Source: an uncultured Acidimicrobiia bacterium (lineage in GTDB: Bacteria; Actinomycetota; Acidimicrobiia; IMCC26256; CAWATG01). Taken from it: a stretch of 64,000 nucleotides of DNA. A program made the translations under genes and the position numbers. The notes under the pieces were generated by a model. The model ran no database searches, had not been told where the DNA came from, and saw nothing but the letters and a program-made list of their open reading frames with translations. Below are positions 1 through 11,654 of this stretch, piece after piece. The DNA is taken from assembly GCA_963785035.1 (NCBI GenBank), contig CAWATG010000011.1, positions 382,553 to 446,552 on the forward strand. The letters run 5' to 3'. The first letter of the stretch is position 1. Each line of letters begins with the position of its first letter.

Positions 1-2612
1 CTCCTTCCTGCGGGAGCTGGTGACCGAAGGAGCCAAAGATCGCTACGGGACGACGCCGCGGGCCGATGTGATCGAACGCATCGAATACGAACTTGATGTC
101 ATCAAGCGGATGGGCTTCTCGGCATATTTCCTCGTTGTGTGGGACCTGGTCCAGTACGCGCGGAGTCGAGGCATTCGGGTGGGTCCTGGCAGGGGAAGCG
201 CGGCGGGCTCGGCGGTCGCCTATTGCCTGCGGATCGTCGACATCGACCCGATTGCCTACGACTTGCTCTTCGAGCGGTTTCTCAACCCGGGGCGCAAGCA
301 GATGCCCGACGTCGACATGGACTTCGACTCGCGATACCGCTCGGAGATGATCAAATACGCCGCAGAGCGATACGGGTGGGATCGTGTTGCGCAGATCGTG
401 ACGTTCTCAACGATCAAAGCGCGAGCTGCTGTTCGGGACTCGGCACGCGTGCTCGGGTATCCCTACGCGGTTGGCGACAAGATTGCCAAGCTCATGCCAC
501 CGCTCATCATGGGTCGCGACACGCCGCTCGCCGGGTGTTTCGAGAAGCTGCCCAAGCACGAAGACGGATACAAGATGGCCTCCGAGCTGCGAGCGCTGTA
601 CGACGTCGACCCCGATGCGCGGCGCGTGCTCGACGTCGCGCGGGGTCTCGAAGGTCTTCGCCGCCAGGACGGCATCCACGCAGCCGCGGTCGTGATCACG
701 CGTGAGCCGCTCACCGATTATCTCCCGATCCAACGCAAGCCGATCGCGGGCGGGGAGATCGAGGACGCGCCGATCGTTACCCAGTACGAGATGCACGGTG
801 TCGAAGAGCTGGGTCTGTTGAAGATGGACTTCCTGGGTCTTCGCAACCTCGACGTGATGGAGATGACGCGCGACCTGGTCGAATCGTCCGTCGGCCGCCG
901 TCCTGATATCGACAACATTGTCCTGGACGACCCCTTGACCTTCGAACTCTTGCGCGCCGGAGACACGATCGGGGTGTTCCAGCTCGAAGGCGGTCCAATG
1001 CGCGCGCTGATCCGCAGCCTCGCGCCGACGACGTTCAAAGACGTCGCCGCGCTCGTCGCGTTGTACCGCCCAGGTCCTATGGCAGCCAACATGCACAACG
1101 ACTACGCGGATCGCAAGAACGGCCGCAAGGAGGTCGTGTACTACCACGAGGACGTTGCCGAAATCTTTGAGGACACCTTCGGACTCTGTATCTACCAAGA
1201 GCAGATGATGCGAATGTCTCAGAAGCTTGCGGGCTACACCCTCGAAGAGGCTGACAATCTGCGCAAGGCAACCGGCAAGAAGAACCGTGAGCTCATCCGC
1301 AAGGAACGATCCAAGTTCGTCGATGGTTGCGAGACGCAGGGATATGCGAAGCAGTTCGGCGAGCAGATGTTCGACATCATCGAGCCGTTCGCCGACTACT
1401 CCTTCAACAAGAGCCATTCCGTAGGGTATGGATTCATTGCGTATCAGACGGCCTATCTCAAGGCGAACTACCCGAAGGAGTATCTGGCTGCACTCCTGAC
1501 CTCGGTCAAGGGCGACAAGGACAAGTCGGCGATCTACCTCAACGAGTGTCGGCAAATGGGCATCGCCGTTCTCGTCCCCGATGTGAACGAATCTTTGTCC
1601 GACTTCTCGGTGTGTGACGGTGCTGTCAGGTTCGGTCTCTCCGCTGTCCGCAATGTCGGTGAGGGACTCGTGTGCGCTTCTGGTCGCTGAACGCGATGAA
1701 GGAGGACCGTTCAGTGACTTTTACGACTTCACCGACCGCGTGGATCTTGCGGTTCTGAACAAGCGAACGGTCGAGTCGTTGATCAAGGCGGGCGCCTTCG
1801 ACTCCATGGGGTATTCCCGCGCCGGCTTGTTCCAGGTGTTCGAGCAGATTGTGGATCTTGCCGTATCGCGGCGACGAGAGCGTGACGCCGGTGTGATGAG
1901 CCTCTTCGGCGATGAGACCGGTGTTGCCGAGGTTGCGGCCGGTTCCGTGTTCAGCGAACGTCCGCAGATCGCAGACACCGAGTTCGGGAAGTCCCAACGC
2001 CTGGCATTCGAGAAGGAGATGCTGGGCCTGTACGTGAGTGACCATCCGATGATGGGCGCGGAGCGTGCGCTGCGTCGGTATATCGACTGCACATTGGCGG
2101 AGTTCCGTGACGCCCGCGAGGGTGAGATGCGCACCGTTGGTGGGGTCGTTACGGCCTTGTCGCGCAAGTACACCAAGCGCGGTGATCTGATGGCGACGTT
2201 CGTCCTCGAGGACCTGGCTTCTGCGACTGAGGTGATGGTCTTCCCGAAGACCATGGCGCTCTACGGTGAACGCCTCGCCGAGGACGTCATCGTGTGTGTG
2301 AAGGGGCGTCTCGACTCTCGTGATGACGAAGCAAAGATCATTGCGATGGAGATTTCCTGTCCTGAGCTCGTGCTGGACGGGGGACCGCCTGTCCGCCTGC
2401 GTGTCAAGGCCGGCGGGCTGACCGAGTCCAAGGTGGCGAACCTCGCGCAGCTGCTCAGAAAGTCGCCAGGCGACAGCGCCGTCTTTGTTCACCTCGATGG
2501 GCCGGATAAAACGACGGTCCTACGCCTGGGCGATGACCTTTGCGTCGACGCTCGCGACGGACTGTTTGCCGAGTTGCGACTCCTGTTCGGCGGCGACTGC
2601 ATCATCACCTGA
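1..2612 (+). CDS. dnaE: DNA polymerase III alpha subunit (5' truncated by window; frameshift ~1672)
   Basis: GPGRGSAAGS, FERFLNP, MPDVDMDF, GLLKMDFLGL, YSFNKSH motifs in ORF 20..1690; C-terminal OB domain (EKEMLGLYVSDHP) continues in ORF 1614..2612; frame is open from position 2. Confidence 0.97.
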
Positions 2613-2670
2613 CCTCGTTCGGTCCCCGCCGCGTGCGCGGACGGCTCGGCGCGCGTGTCAAGCTCTCGGG

Positions 2671-3321
2671 ATGCGAATAGGGATAGTTGGTGCGACGGGG
2701 CCGGCAGGGAGGGGACTCGCCGCCAGGCTTGGCGCAGTGGGTCATGATGTGGTGCTCGGCTCACGTGACGCAGCAAAGGCCGCCGCCGTGGTCGCCGAGT
2801 TACGTGAGGCCTGGCGGGATCGCGCGGCGACGCTCGTTCCGGCAGATAACGATGGCGCCTGCGACGCGCCGATCGTCATCCTTGCAGTGAGTGCCGAGGC
2901 AGCGATCCCGACGGCGAAGCAGCATGCGCGACATTTGGCGGGCAAGATCGTGGTTTCGATGGCCAACAACCTCGTCAAGAACGGTCGCGAGTTCAATGCG
3001 GTGTTGCCCCCACATGGATCGGTCGCTGCCGAGATGCAGTCACTGCTGTGGGACTCGAAGGTCGTGACCGCTTTTCACCTGGTACCGGCGGTCGAGTTCG
3101 GCGAACTCGACCATGACATGCATAGTGACGTGGTCGTGCTTGGCGACGATCCCGACGCCGTGGCCACCATCATGGAGCTCGTGCGCAGCATCCCCGACAT
3201 GCGTGCCCTCGACGGCGGGTCACTCCTCAATGCAGTCGGAATGGAAGCGTTCGCTGCAGTCCTCTTGACGATCAACATCCGGCATAAAGGTCGTGCGAGC
3301 CTTCGGCTCGTCGGAATCTGA
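2671..3321 (+). CDS. npdG: NADPH-dependent F420 reductase
   Basis: MRIGIVGATGPAGRGLAARL Rossmann start, LGSRDAAKA, VVTAFH and SDVVVLGDD motifs typical of NpdG/F420 oxidoreductases. Confidence 0.8.
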   Translation: MRIGIVGATGPAGRGLAARLGAVGHDVVLGSRDAAKAAAVVAELREAWRDRAATLVPADNDGACDAPIVILAVSAEAAIPTAKQHARHLAGKIVVSMANNLVKNGREFNAVLPPHGSVAAEMQSLLWDSKVVTAFHLVPAVEFGELDHDMHSDVVVLGDDPDAVATIMELVRSIPDMRALDGGSLLNAVGMEAFAAVLLTINIRHKGRASLRLVGI

Positions 3322-3335
3322 GGGCGGGCGAAAAC

Positions 3336-4514
3336 GTGTCCATGTCTTTGTATGACACTGCACGACGCGCCGTGGTTCCTTTCGAACCCGGACCAACGGT
3401 CACGATGTACATCTGCGGGATTACCCCGTATGACTCGACGCATCTCGGTCACGCTGCGACGTATCTCACCTACGACCTGCTCATTCGTCGTCTCGAGAGC
3501 CTTGGTCACGAGGTGAGGATGGTCCGGAACATTACGGATGTGGACGACTCGATCCTTCCAAAGGCGCGATCGTTGGGCATCGGATATCTCGAACTCGCAG
3601 AACGCGAGATCACGAGGTTTCGCGCGGACATGGAGGCCCTGGACATGCGACCGCCGATCGCGGAGCCGCGCGCGACCGAATCGATACCCGAGATCATCGA
3701 GATGGTCGCCACATTGCTCGAGCGCGGCCACGCATATCTCACAGCGGGCACGGTGTACTTCGATGTCTCGACCTTCGAGAGATTCGGCGAACTGTCGCAC
3801 TATTCGCGTGATCGCATGTTGAAACTGGCCGAGGCACGCGGCGGGCGTCCCGACGATCCGCATCGGCGCGATCCGATTGATTTCGTGTTGTGGCAACCGT
3901 CGTTGGCTGACGAACCCGCGTGGCGCGCGCCCTTTGGGGTAGGTCGTCCCGGGTGGCATATCGAGTGCTCGGCGATGGCGATGGCAGCACACGGTCCGAC
4001 AATCGACCTCCATGGCGGTGGAACCGACCTGATCTTCCCGCACCATGAATGTGAGATCGCGCAGAGCGAATCGATCACGGGCAAGCCGTTCGTCAGGCAT
4101 TGGCTGCACTCGGCGACGGTCAACTACGAGGGCGAGAAGATGAGCAAGTCGCTCGGGAATCTCGTGTTCGTCAGCGACCTGGTGAAGGTGGCTGATCCCC
4201 GAGCAATTCGCCTTGCCTTGATGCATCACCACTACCGCTCGGGTTTCGAGTGGTACGACACTGATCTCGACGACGGGGTGGCGCTCCTGCGCCGGCTCGT
4301 CGCTGCCGCCGGGGCCGGCGGCGGACCCGACCCGCAGCCGTATGTCGCTCGTGTCGGCGCTGCGCTGGATCACGACCTGGATGCGCCTCGCGCATTGGAG
4401 GCGCTTGGGGAGATGGCCGATGCAATCCTCTCGGGAGGCAGCGATCCAACTGCTCCCGGTGTGCTCTGTGATGTCGCCGCATCCCTGGGCGTTGATCTCA
4501 GGAGAGCGCTCTAG
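3336..4514 (+). CDS. mshC: Cysteine--1-D-myo-inosityl 2-amino-2-deoxy-glucopyranoside ligase (mycothiol synthesis; CysRS paralog)
   Basis: CGITPYDSTHLGHAATY, GRPGWHIEC, HGGGTDLIFPHHE, KMSKS; short (392 aa) with no CysRS anticodon domain. Confidence 0.8.
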   Translation: MSMSLYDTARRAVVPFEPGPTVTMYICGITPYDSTHLGHAATYLTYDLLIRRLESLGHEVRMVRNITDVDDSILPKARSLGIGYLELAEREITRFRADMEALDMRPPIAEPRATESIPEIIEMVATLLERGHAYLTAGTVYFDVSTFERFGELSHYSRDRMLKLAEARGGRPDDPHRRDPIDFVLWQPSLADEPAWRAPFGVGRPGWHIECSAMAMAAHGPTIDLHGGGTDLIFPHHECEIAQSESITGKPFVRHWLHSATVNYEGEKMSKSLGNLVFVSDLVKVADPRAIRLALMHHHYRSGFEWYDTDLDDGVALLRRLVAAAGAGGGPDPQPYVARVGAALDHDLDAPRALEALGEMADAILSGGSDPTAPGVLCDVAASLGVDLRRAL

Positions 4515-4576
4515 CAGATGTCGGTTCCGAAGTCGTCGGGTCAGGATGCAGCGGCGCGGGTAACGTCGGCCGTTCT

Positions 4577-6589
4577 ATGAGTAGTCACATCACGATCACA
4601 CTCCCCGATGCAACGACGAGGGAGTTCCAAGCCGGTGTGACCGGTGCCGAGATCGCCGCCTCGATCGGTGCCGGCCTGGCGAAGGCGGCCCTGGGCATCG
4701 TCGTCGATGGCGTTGCACGCGACCTGTCCACGCCAATCGATGAGGACGCAACGGTTGCGATTGTCACCGGCACGTCCGAGCAGGGTCGAGAGATGCTGCG
4801 CCATTCGACAAGCCATTTGCTGGCACAGGCCGTCGTGGACCTGTTCCCGGGCACGAAATACGCAATCGGACCGGCGATAACCGACGGCTTCTACTACGAC
4901 TTCGAGCTCCCGGGCGGCGCGCATTTCTCCGACGGCGATCTCGAGCGAATCGAGGCACGGATGCGCGCGTTCGTTGCCGAAGATCAGCGCTTCGAGCGCG
5001 CGGAGTACGACGTCGCTTCCGGGACTGCGCTCTTCGCACATCAGCCGTACAAGGTCGATATCATCGAACGCGCCGCGGCCGGCGACGTCAGTTCCGAAGA
5101 GGCACACGACGCGGCAGGTGGGGCATCTGCGGTCTCGGTCTACCGCAACGTCGTCGCAGACGGATCGGTCGCCTATATCGACCTGTGTCGCGGTCCCCAT
5201 GTCCCATCGACAGGCAAGCTCGGCGCGTTCAAACTCACCAAGGTCGCGGGCGCGTATTGGCGTGGCGACGAGAAGCGCCCGATGCTCCAGCGAATCTATG
5301 GAACGGCGTGGGAGAGCAAGGCGGCGCTCGCCGAGCATCTCCAGCGGGTCGAAGAGGCCGAGCGTCGCGATCATCGCAAGCTCGGCACCGAACTCGACCT
5401 CTTCTCGTTTCCCGAGGAGCTCGGCGGAGGTCTCGCGGTGTGGCACCCGAAGGGCGCTGCGATACGTCGGGTGATGGAGGACTACTCGCGCGGTGCACGA
5501 CGAAGCCGGATACGAGTTGGTGTTCACCCCGCATCTGGCCAAGGCCGGTCTCTGGGAGACCAGTGGACATCTTGATTTCTACGCGGACGGTATGTATCCG
5601 CCGATGGAGCTCGACAACGGCACGTACTACCCCAAGCCGATGAACTGTCCGTTCCACATCATGATCTTCAAGAGTCACCAACGGTCGTACCGCGTGCCTG
5701 CCGTTGCGATTCTTCGAACTCGGAACGGTCTATCGGTACGAGCGCTCCGGTACCCTCCACGGACTTTTTCGGATTCGCGGCTTCACGCAGGACGACAGCC
5801 ATATCTTCTGCACGCGTGAACAGGCCGCCGATGAGCTCGCGAGCCTGTTGGCGTTCGTCCTTCGCGTGCTGACGAACGTTCGGCTTCGAGGATTTCGAGG
5901 CACAACTCGCGACCCGTCCCCCGGAGAAGTCCGTTGGGGCCGATGCCGACTGGGACCTTGCGACCGAGGCGTTGCGATCTGCCATTGTCGCGAGCGGATT
6001 GAAGTTCGCCGTCGACGAGGGCGGCGGGGCGTTCTACGGGCCGAAGATCGATGTGAAGGTACGTGACGCCATCGGACGGGTCTGGCAACTCTCGACCATC
6101 CAGGTCGACTTTCAGCTCCCTGCGCGGTTCGACTTGGAGTACGTCGGAGCCGACAACGATCGACACCAGCCGATCATGATTCATCGTGCACTCTTCGGAT
6201 CGGTCGAGCGATTCTTCGGAATCCTGCTCGAGCACTTCGCCGGCGCCTTTCCGTTCTGGCTTGCGCCGGTGCAGGTCACGGTTCTCTCGGTTGCGGACCG
6301 TCACGACGAGTACGCGCGAAGTGTCGTCGCAACCTTGAAAGGCGGGGGTTACCGAGTCGAGTTCGGCAGCGCTGCCAACGACACGCTCGGTGCTCGAGTT
6401 CGTCGCGCCAAGCTCGAGAAGATCCCGTTCGTGCTCGTGGTAGGCGATGACGACGCGCGCGACACAACGGTCGGTGTCAATGAGCGGGGTTCGGAGCGAC
6501 CAGAACGTGCCGTGCCCGTTGCGGATTTCGTGGCGCGCCTGGCCGTGCTACGTGACTCGACCGATGCCACACTGCACGGTGTCCGATGA
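4577..6589 (+). CDS. thrS: Threonine--tRNA ligase (three apparent frameshifts, ~5490, ~5697, ~5876)
   Basis: TGS domain, [43 protein letters not shown] spread over consecutive ORFs. Confidence 0.96.
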
Positions 6590-7109
6590 GCCTCGATCGT
6601 TTGTGGGCCGGCTGGCGCTCGGCGTACGTCGAGACGGTGGCGAACAAGCCGCCGGTTGGGCGCAATGGCTGCGTGTTGTGCCGTCTTGCCGACAGCAGCG
6701 ACGACGAGGGTCTCGTGCTCGAGCGAGGCGAGTCGACGTTCGCAGTTATGAACGCCTATCCCTACACGTCGGGGCACCTCATGGTGGCACCGGTGCGCCA
6801 TGTCGGCGAGATCGACGAGCTGACATCGGGCGATGCGGCCGGGTTCGGGGAGTTGATGGAATTGGCGGCGATGGTGCAGCACGCGCCGTGCGAGCGATGC
6901 GAGCTGCTTACGCACCCGACGGCATGAATGTCGGTGTGAACCTCGGCCGCGCTGGAGGGGCTGGGGTCCCGGGCCACGTGCACGTTCATGTGCTGGCGCG
7001 GTGGAGTGGGGATACCAACTTTATGACCGCGGTCGGTGAGGTGAGGGTCATTCCCGAGGACCTTGCGCATTCGTATCAGAAGCTGCTCGACGCCTGGCCG
7101 GCCCAGTAG
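6586..7109 (+). CDS. HIT family hydrolase (frameshift ~6885)
   Basis: LWAGWR..Y, CVLC, NAYPYTSGHLM, then HVHVH histidine triad in the second frame; follows thrS as is usual in actinobacteria. Confidence 0.9.
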
Positions 7110-7166
7110 CTGCACGCGGATGCTCGGTCGGGCGCTTCTCGCGTCTGCGGGCTACCGTCGCGTGCG

Positions 7167-7763
7167 ATGAGCGATTCTGAACCACTCGGCGACGGACCCA
7201 ACGAAGCTACGGGGAATGGCGCCGCAGGGCACGGCGCACCAGGAAATGGCGTTGCGGACGTGAGCAAGCCAGGCGGGCCCGCGCCACGCGATGTGCTTCC
7301 TGCGGACCTCGACGTGACCGCCAACGTCGGCGTCTACCAGTTTCCCGACATCACGCGCCGGAGAATTCCGGCAGTGCTGTACTTGGTTGTCGCCGCCGCC
7401 TGTCTCGGCGGCTGGTTGTATTCGGACAACACCGGACTGTTAGGCGTCGCGGTCATGCTGGTCGCGTTCTCCGCGTATCACTTCGCGTGTTCATGGTCGC
7501 TGAACATCGACCAGACCGAAGCGTTGGTCGTAGCGTCGCGTGCCGTTGGTTTTCCCGTGGGGCATGCCGGCGCGCAGCTCGCTTGGCGGGGTCTGAGAAG
7601 CCGTCCTGCGTGGCGCATATTGCTGTACAGCGCGGACGAGCCCCCGAGCATGCGAGGCTTGGTGGAACTCGACGCTGTCGACGGTCACGTGCTGGGCGAG
7701 TACACCGAACTCAACCCGGAGGACTGGTCCTCCTTTGGTGTGACGCCGCCGTCGGCGAACTGA
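7167..7763 (+). CDS. Hypothetical membrane protein (2 TM, PepSY-like C-terminus)
   Basis: 198-aa ORF with two hydrophobic segments; TACCGT -10-like hexamer 8 nt before the ATG. Confidence 0.7.
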   Translation: MSDSEPLGDGPNEATGNGAAGHGAPGNGVADVSKPGGPAPRDVLPADLDVTANVGVYQFPDITRRRIPAVLYLVVAAACLGGWLYSDNTGLLGVAVMLVAFSAYHFACSWSLNIDQTEALVVASRAVGFPVGHAGAQLAWRGLRSRPAWRILLYSADEPPSMRGLVELDAVDGHVLGEYTELNPEDWSSFGVTPPSAN

Positions 7764-7772
7764 CGACAGGCA

Positions 7773-9816
7773 TCACGCCCGTACCGGAACCGGCGGTCTG
7801 GGCAGCGTGGTGATCTTTTCCATCTGTGACAACGGTACGGGATCGTAATGCGCATGATCGGCGGTGAACCGTGCTCGCCCACCCGTGATCGCTCGTAGAT
7901 CAATCGCATACCGGACGAGTTCGGATCGCGGGACGAACGCCGTGATCTCGACCGTTCCGTCGCCGCACGCTACCGAACCGTGAATACGGCCGCGCCGGAC
8001 TCGCAGGTCACCCATGACGTCGCCAAGGTGTCGCTCAGGACAGATGATCACAACCTCGCTCACCGGTTCCAGCAACAGCGGAGCAGCCTTGGTCATCGCT
8101 TCACGCAACGCGAGGGAGCCGGCCATCTTGAAACTCATTTCGGAACTGTCGACGGAGTGGTACTTGCCGTCGAAGCATGTGACGCGCAGATCCACCACCG
8201 GATGGCCGAAGACGCCACCTCGTGCCATGGCCTCGGCGATGCCCTTCTCCACGGCGGGGATGAACTGGCGGGGGATCGCGCCCCCGACGATCGCATCGAC
8301 AAAGGTGAATCCTGCTCCACGATCGTTCGGCTCAACGCGAACCGAGGCAACACCGAACTGACCGTGCCCGCCCGTCTGCTTCTTGTATCGGCCTTCGGCG
8401 ACGGCGCACTGTGTCACGGTCTCCCGGTACGGGATCTTGATCTCCTCGATCGAGACCTCAACGCCATACTTGGTTGACAACCGCTCCGTGGCGATGTTGA
8501 GATGCGTTTCACCGAGGCCCACCAGGAGGGTCTGACCCGTCTCGACCTCACGTTTCGACCGGATGGACGGGTCCTCGAAACACAGTTTGTGGAGGGCGCT
8601 CGTCAGCTTCTCTTCGTCATGGGTGGACTTCGGACGGATCGCGATGCTCAGCATCGGTGACGGGATCTCCAACGGTTCGACGGCAACGCCGACGCCGACG
8701 CCGGCACCGCGCGCGCCCAGCAGGTCGCCGACGCGTGAGTCGTTGAGTTTCGCGGCAGCGCCGATGTCGCCTGCAGAGATTTCCGTAATGGAATCGAGTT
8801 CCTTACCGCGCACGATGGCGAGTTGATGTAAACGTTCGTCTGTCAACGTGCGACCGTTGGTGAGCGCCGCGTTCGCCGACACGGTGCCTTGGAGCACCTT
8901 GAACAGAGCGACACGTCCGACATAGGCGTCGATCAGTGTCTTGAACACGAACGCCACCGGCGGTCCATCGTTCATTTGGGGCGGGGGTCCCTCGGTCACG
9001 ATGAACGAGGCGAGGCGGTCGATGCCGATGAGTTTCGTCGCACTGCCGCACAGCACGGGGAACACCGAAGCCGAAGCAATGCCGTTCGCGACGAGCAGTG
9101 GCAAGCTCCTTGGTCTCGATGTGTTCGTCCTCGAGATACCGCTCCATCAGATCGTCGTCGCCGACGACGATCCCCTCGACGAGCGCGTCGTGAATCGCAT
9201 GCTCTTCGAGCGCCATCTCAGGCGGGATCGGTTCGTCGAGGCCTCGAATCGCACCGTGCGCGTAGATTGTGGCGTGGTCGTCCAGTAGGTCGATGACGCC
9301 GCGGAAGTCGCCTTCCTCGCCGATGGGAATCTCGAGTGGCGCGATACCGGCGCCGAGCTTTTCCTTGAGTTCTTCGAGTGTCCGGGTGAAGGATGCTCGT
9401 TCGCGGTCCAGCTTGTTGACGAAAACGACGCGCGGCGTGCCGAGTCGTTCGGCAATCGCCCAGATGATCTCGGTGCCGACTTCGACGCCTTCGACGGCGG
9501 AGACGACGAAGATTGCGAGGTCGGCAACGCGAAGGGCCGTCATGACGTCGCAGACGAAGTCGGCGTACCCCGGCGTGTCGATGAGGTTGATCTTGTATCC
9601 CTCGAACTCGAGCGGCGCCAGTGCCAACGAGATGGACATTCGATGGCGGACCTCGAGCGGGTCGAAATCGCAGACCGTTGAGCCGTCCTCGACGCGCCCA
9701 GGTCGGGAAGTCGCCGGGCTCAGCGCGAGCAGGGCTTCGGCGAGCGTGGTCTTGCCGGTGCCGACGTGGCCCACCAGGGCGATGTTGCGAATCTTCTCGG
9801 ACGGATAGGCCTTCAT
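7773..9816 (-). CDS. Elongation factor G-like protein EF-G2 (frameshift ~9105)
   Basis: IRNIALVGHVGTGKTT, DTPGYADF, NKLD, IPYRET, KKQTGGHGQF, DGKYHSVDSSEMSF, LLEP. Confidence 0.93.
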
Positions 9817-9962
9817 CGGACCCCCTGTCGTGAAACGCTGCCATGATCGTAAAGAGATTCGACAGCTTTGGAAAGGGGGTGGCGAGGGTATCGGTTGCCC
9901 GGCCGAATTTCGGTGCCGTGCTATCCTGGCGGGCACGTCCACAAGCGCGAAGGAGCGCCACC

Positions 9963-10721
9963 ATGCTCGATCGCCGTTGGCGCGCGCGGGTCGAGAAGGG
10001 ACTCACCCCTCTGGGCAACGGCCTGGGGCGCCTAGGGGTCACTGCTGACCTGCTCACCATTGTCGGCCTCGTATGTTCTGCGATCACCGCCGTGCTCGTG
10101 GCGCGAGGCCACCTCCTGTGGGGGGTCCTCGGCCTTCTTGCGACCGGCGTTCCGGACATTCTCGACGGAACTGTTGCGCGCAACAGCGGCAAGGCCGGCC
10201 CGCGTGGTGCCTTTTTCGACTCGGTCAGTGACCGTCTCTCCGATGCGTTGCTCCTCGGCGGTGTGGCCTGGTACCTCGGCGTCGGTGATTCGAAAGCCCC
10301 AATCCTGGTGCTCGCCGTGACGGCATTGTCGATGACGATTTCCTACGAACGCGCGAAGGCCGATGCGTTGGGCTTCGATGCGCGCGGAGGCCTGATCGAA
10401 CGCGCCGAGCGGCTGATCCTGATCGGTGTAGGCCTTGCGTTCGACATCCTCGTTCCGGTGATGTGGATCATGTTGGCGCTCAGCATCGCGACGGTTGGGT
10501 ACCGATTCTGGAAGGTGTGGCGTCAGGCCACACCGACCCTTGGAAGGCTGACTCCCGGGTGGAAGGGTGTGCGGCATTCCCGCCGCGGTTGGCGTGATCG
10601 CATGGATGCGCCCGCCGAGCCGCGGAGGCTGGCGGTTTGGTGGGAAGCGCGTCGCCCGAACTCCGAACGTCGTCGCGCTCGCCAGCAAACTCGTTCGATT
10701 CGCCGACGTACTCGCCCTTGA
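9963..10721 (+). CDS. pgsA: CDP-alcohol phosphatidyltransferase (phosphatidylinositol phosphate synthase)
   Basis: DILDGTVAR...GAFFDSVSDR motif; first gene of pgsA-patA-pimA. Confidence 0.9.
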   Translation: MLDRRWRARVEKGLTPLGNGLGRLGVTADLLTIVGLVCSAITAVLVARGHLLWGVLGLLATGVPDILDGTVARNSGKAGPRGAFFDSVSDRLSDALLLGGVAWYLGVGDSKAPILVLAVTALSMTISYERAKADALGFDARGGLIERAERLILIGVGLAFDILVPVMWIMLALSIATVGYRFWKVWRQATPTLGRLTPGWKGVRHSRRGWRDRMDAPAEPRRLAVWWEARRPNSERRRARQQTRSIRRRTRP

Positions 10722-10772
10722 CCGTTGGAGTCAGAGAAGCGGTTTACGACACCGTCGGCTGTGGGTGGGGCC

Positions 10773-11654
10773 ATGACGCTGCATGCGTACCGGATCGGTT
10801 CGCGTCTTGCTCAGCGTGTTCCTGCACGGATGGCCGAGCCTGCAGCGACTGCTCTCGGACGGGTATTCGCGACTGCGATGCGGGGCCGACGGAGGATGAT
10901 CAGGCGGCACCTGCGGCGTGCGGGTGTTCACGAGGATGCGCTCGATCAGGCTGTGCGCGACGCATTCGCATCGTATGGTCGTTACTGGATGGAGTTGTTC
11001 CGTCTTGGGGGTCAGACGCCCGCCGAGATCATCGAACGGTTCGACGTGGTTGGCTATGAACGCATCGACGACGCCTTGGAACGCGGGAAGGGCGCGATAC
11101 TCGCCCTTCCACATCTGGGCGGCTTCGACTTCGCCGGCGCATTTCTGGCCGCGCGCGGGGCGGCGCCGATTGTGGTCGTCGAGGCTCTCGAACCGCCGGC
11201 GCTGTTCGACTGGTTCGTGAGCGTTCGCGACAAGGTCGGTATGACCGTGATAGGCCTCGATGAGAACGCGGGAACTCGTGTCGCTCAAGCGCTGCGCGAC
11301 AACCGCGTCGTATGCCTCCTGGCCGATCGCGATATCGCCGGTGATGGAGTGGAGGTCGATTTCTTTGGGGAGCGGACGACGATGCCCGCGGGTCCGGCGG
11401 TGCTTGCGTTGCGGACGGGTGCGGCACTGATGACGGTGGCTTGTTACTTCACGCCACACGGTGGCCACAACGCAACGATTTCGACGCCGATCGTCGTGCA
11501 GCGTGAAGGGACGTTGCGTGCAGACGTGGCACGCATTACACAGCAACTCGCGGATGAGTTCGAGGAACTCATCCGCGCTTCACCGGAGCAGTGGCACCTG
11601 ATGCAACCGAACTGGCCTTCGGACTTCCTGGCCGTCGAAGGCTGGCGAACGTGA
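10773..11654 (+). CDS. Phosphatidylinositol mannoside acyltransferase
   Basis: LPHLGGFD, LLADRD, VDFFG, PEQWHLMQPNW; lies between pgsA and pimA. Confidence 0.88.
   Translation: MTLHAYRIGSRLAQRVPARMAEPAATALGRVFATAMRGRRRMIRRHLRRAGVHEDALDQAVRDAFASYGRYWMELFRLGGQTPAEIIERFDVVGYERIDDALERGKGAILALPHLGGFDFAGAFLAARGAAPIVVVEALEPPALFDWFVSVRDKVGMTVIGLDENAGTRVAQALRDNRVVCLLADRDIAGDGVEVDFFGERTTMPAGPAVLALRTGAALMTVACYFTPHGGHNATISTPIVVQREGTLRADVARITQQLADEFEELIRASPEQWHLMQPNWPSDFLAVEGWRT

Noticed and set aside
1614-1690. Split dnaE (programmed frameshift or split intein)
   Set aside because: No intein motifs or slippery site; removing one base restores VGEGLVALLVAER; same error pattern as other genes.
3336-4514. 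Call as cysS
   Set aside because: The CGITPY..HLGH motif and missing anticodon-binding domain favour MshC.
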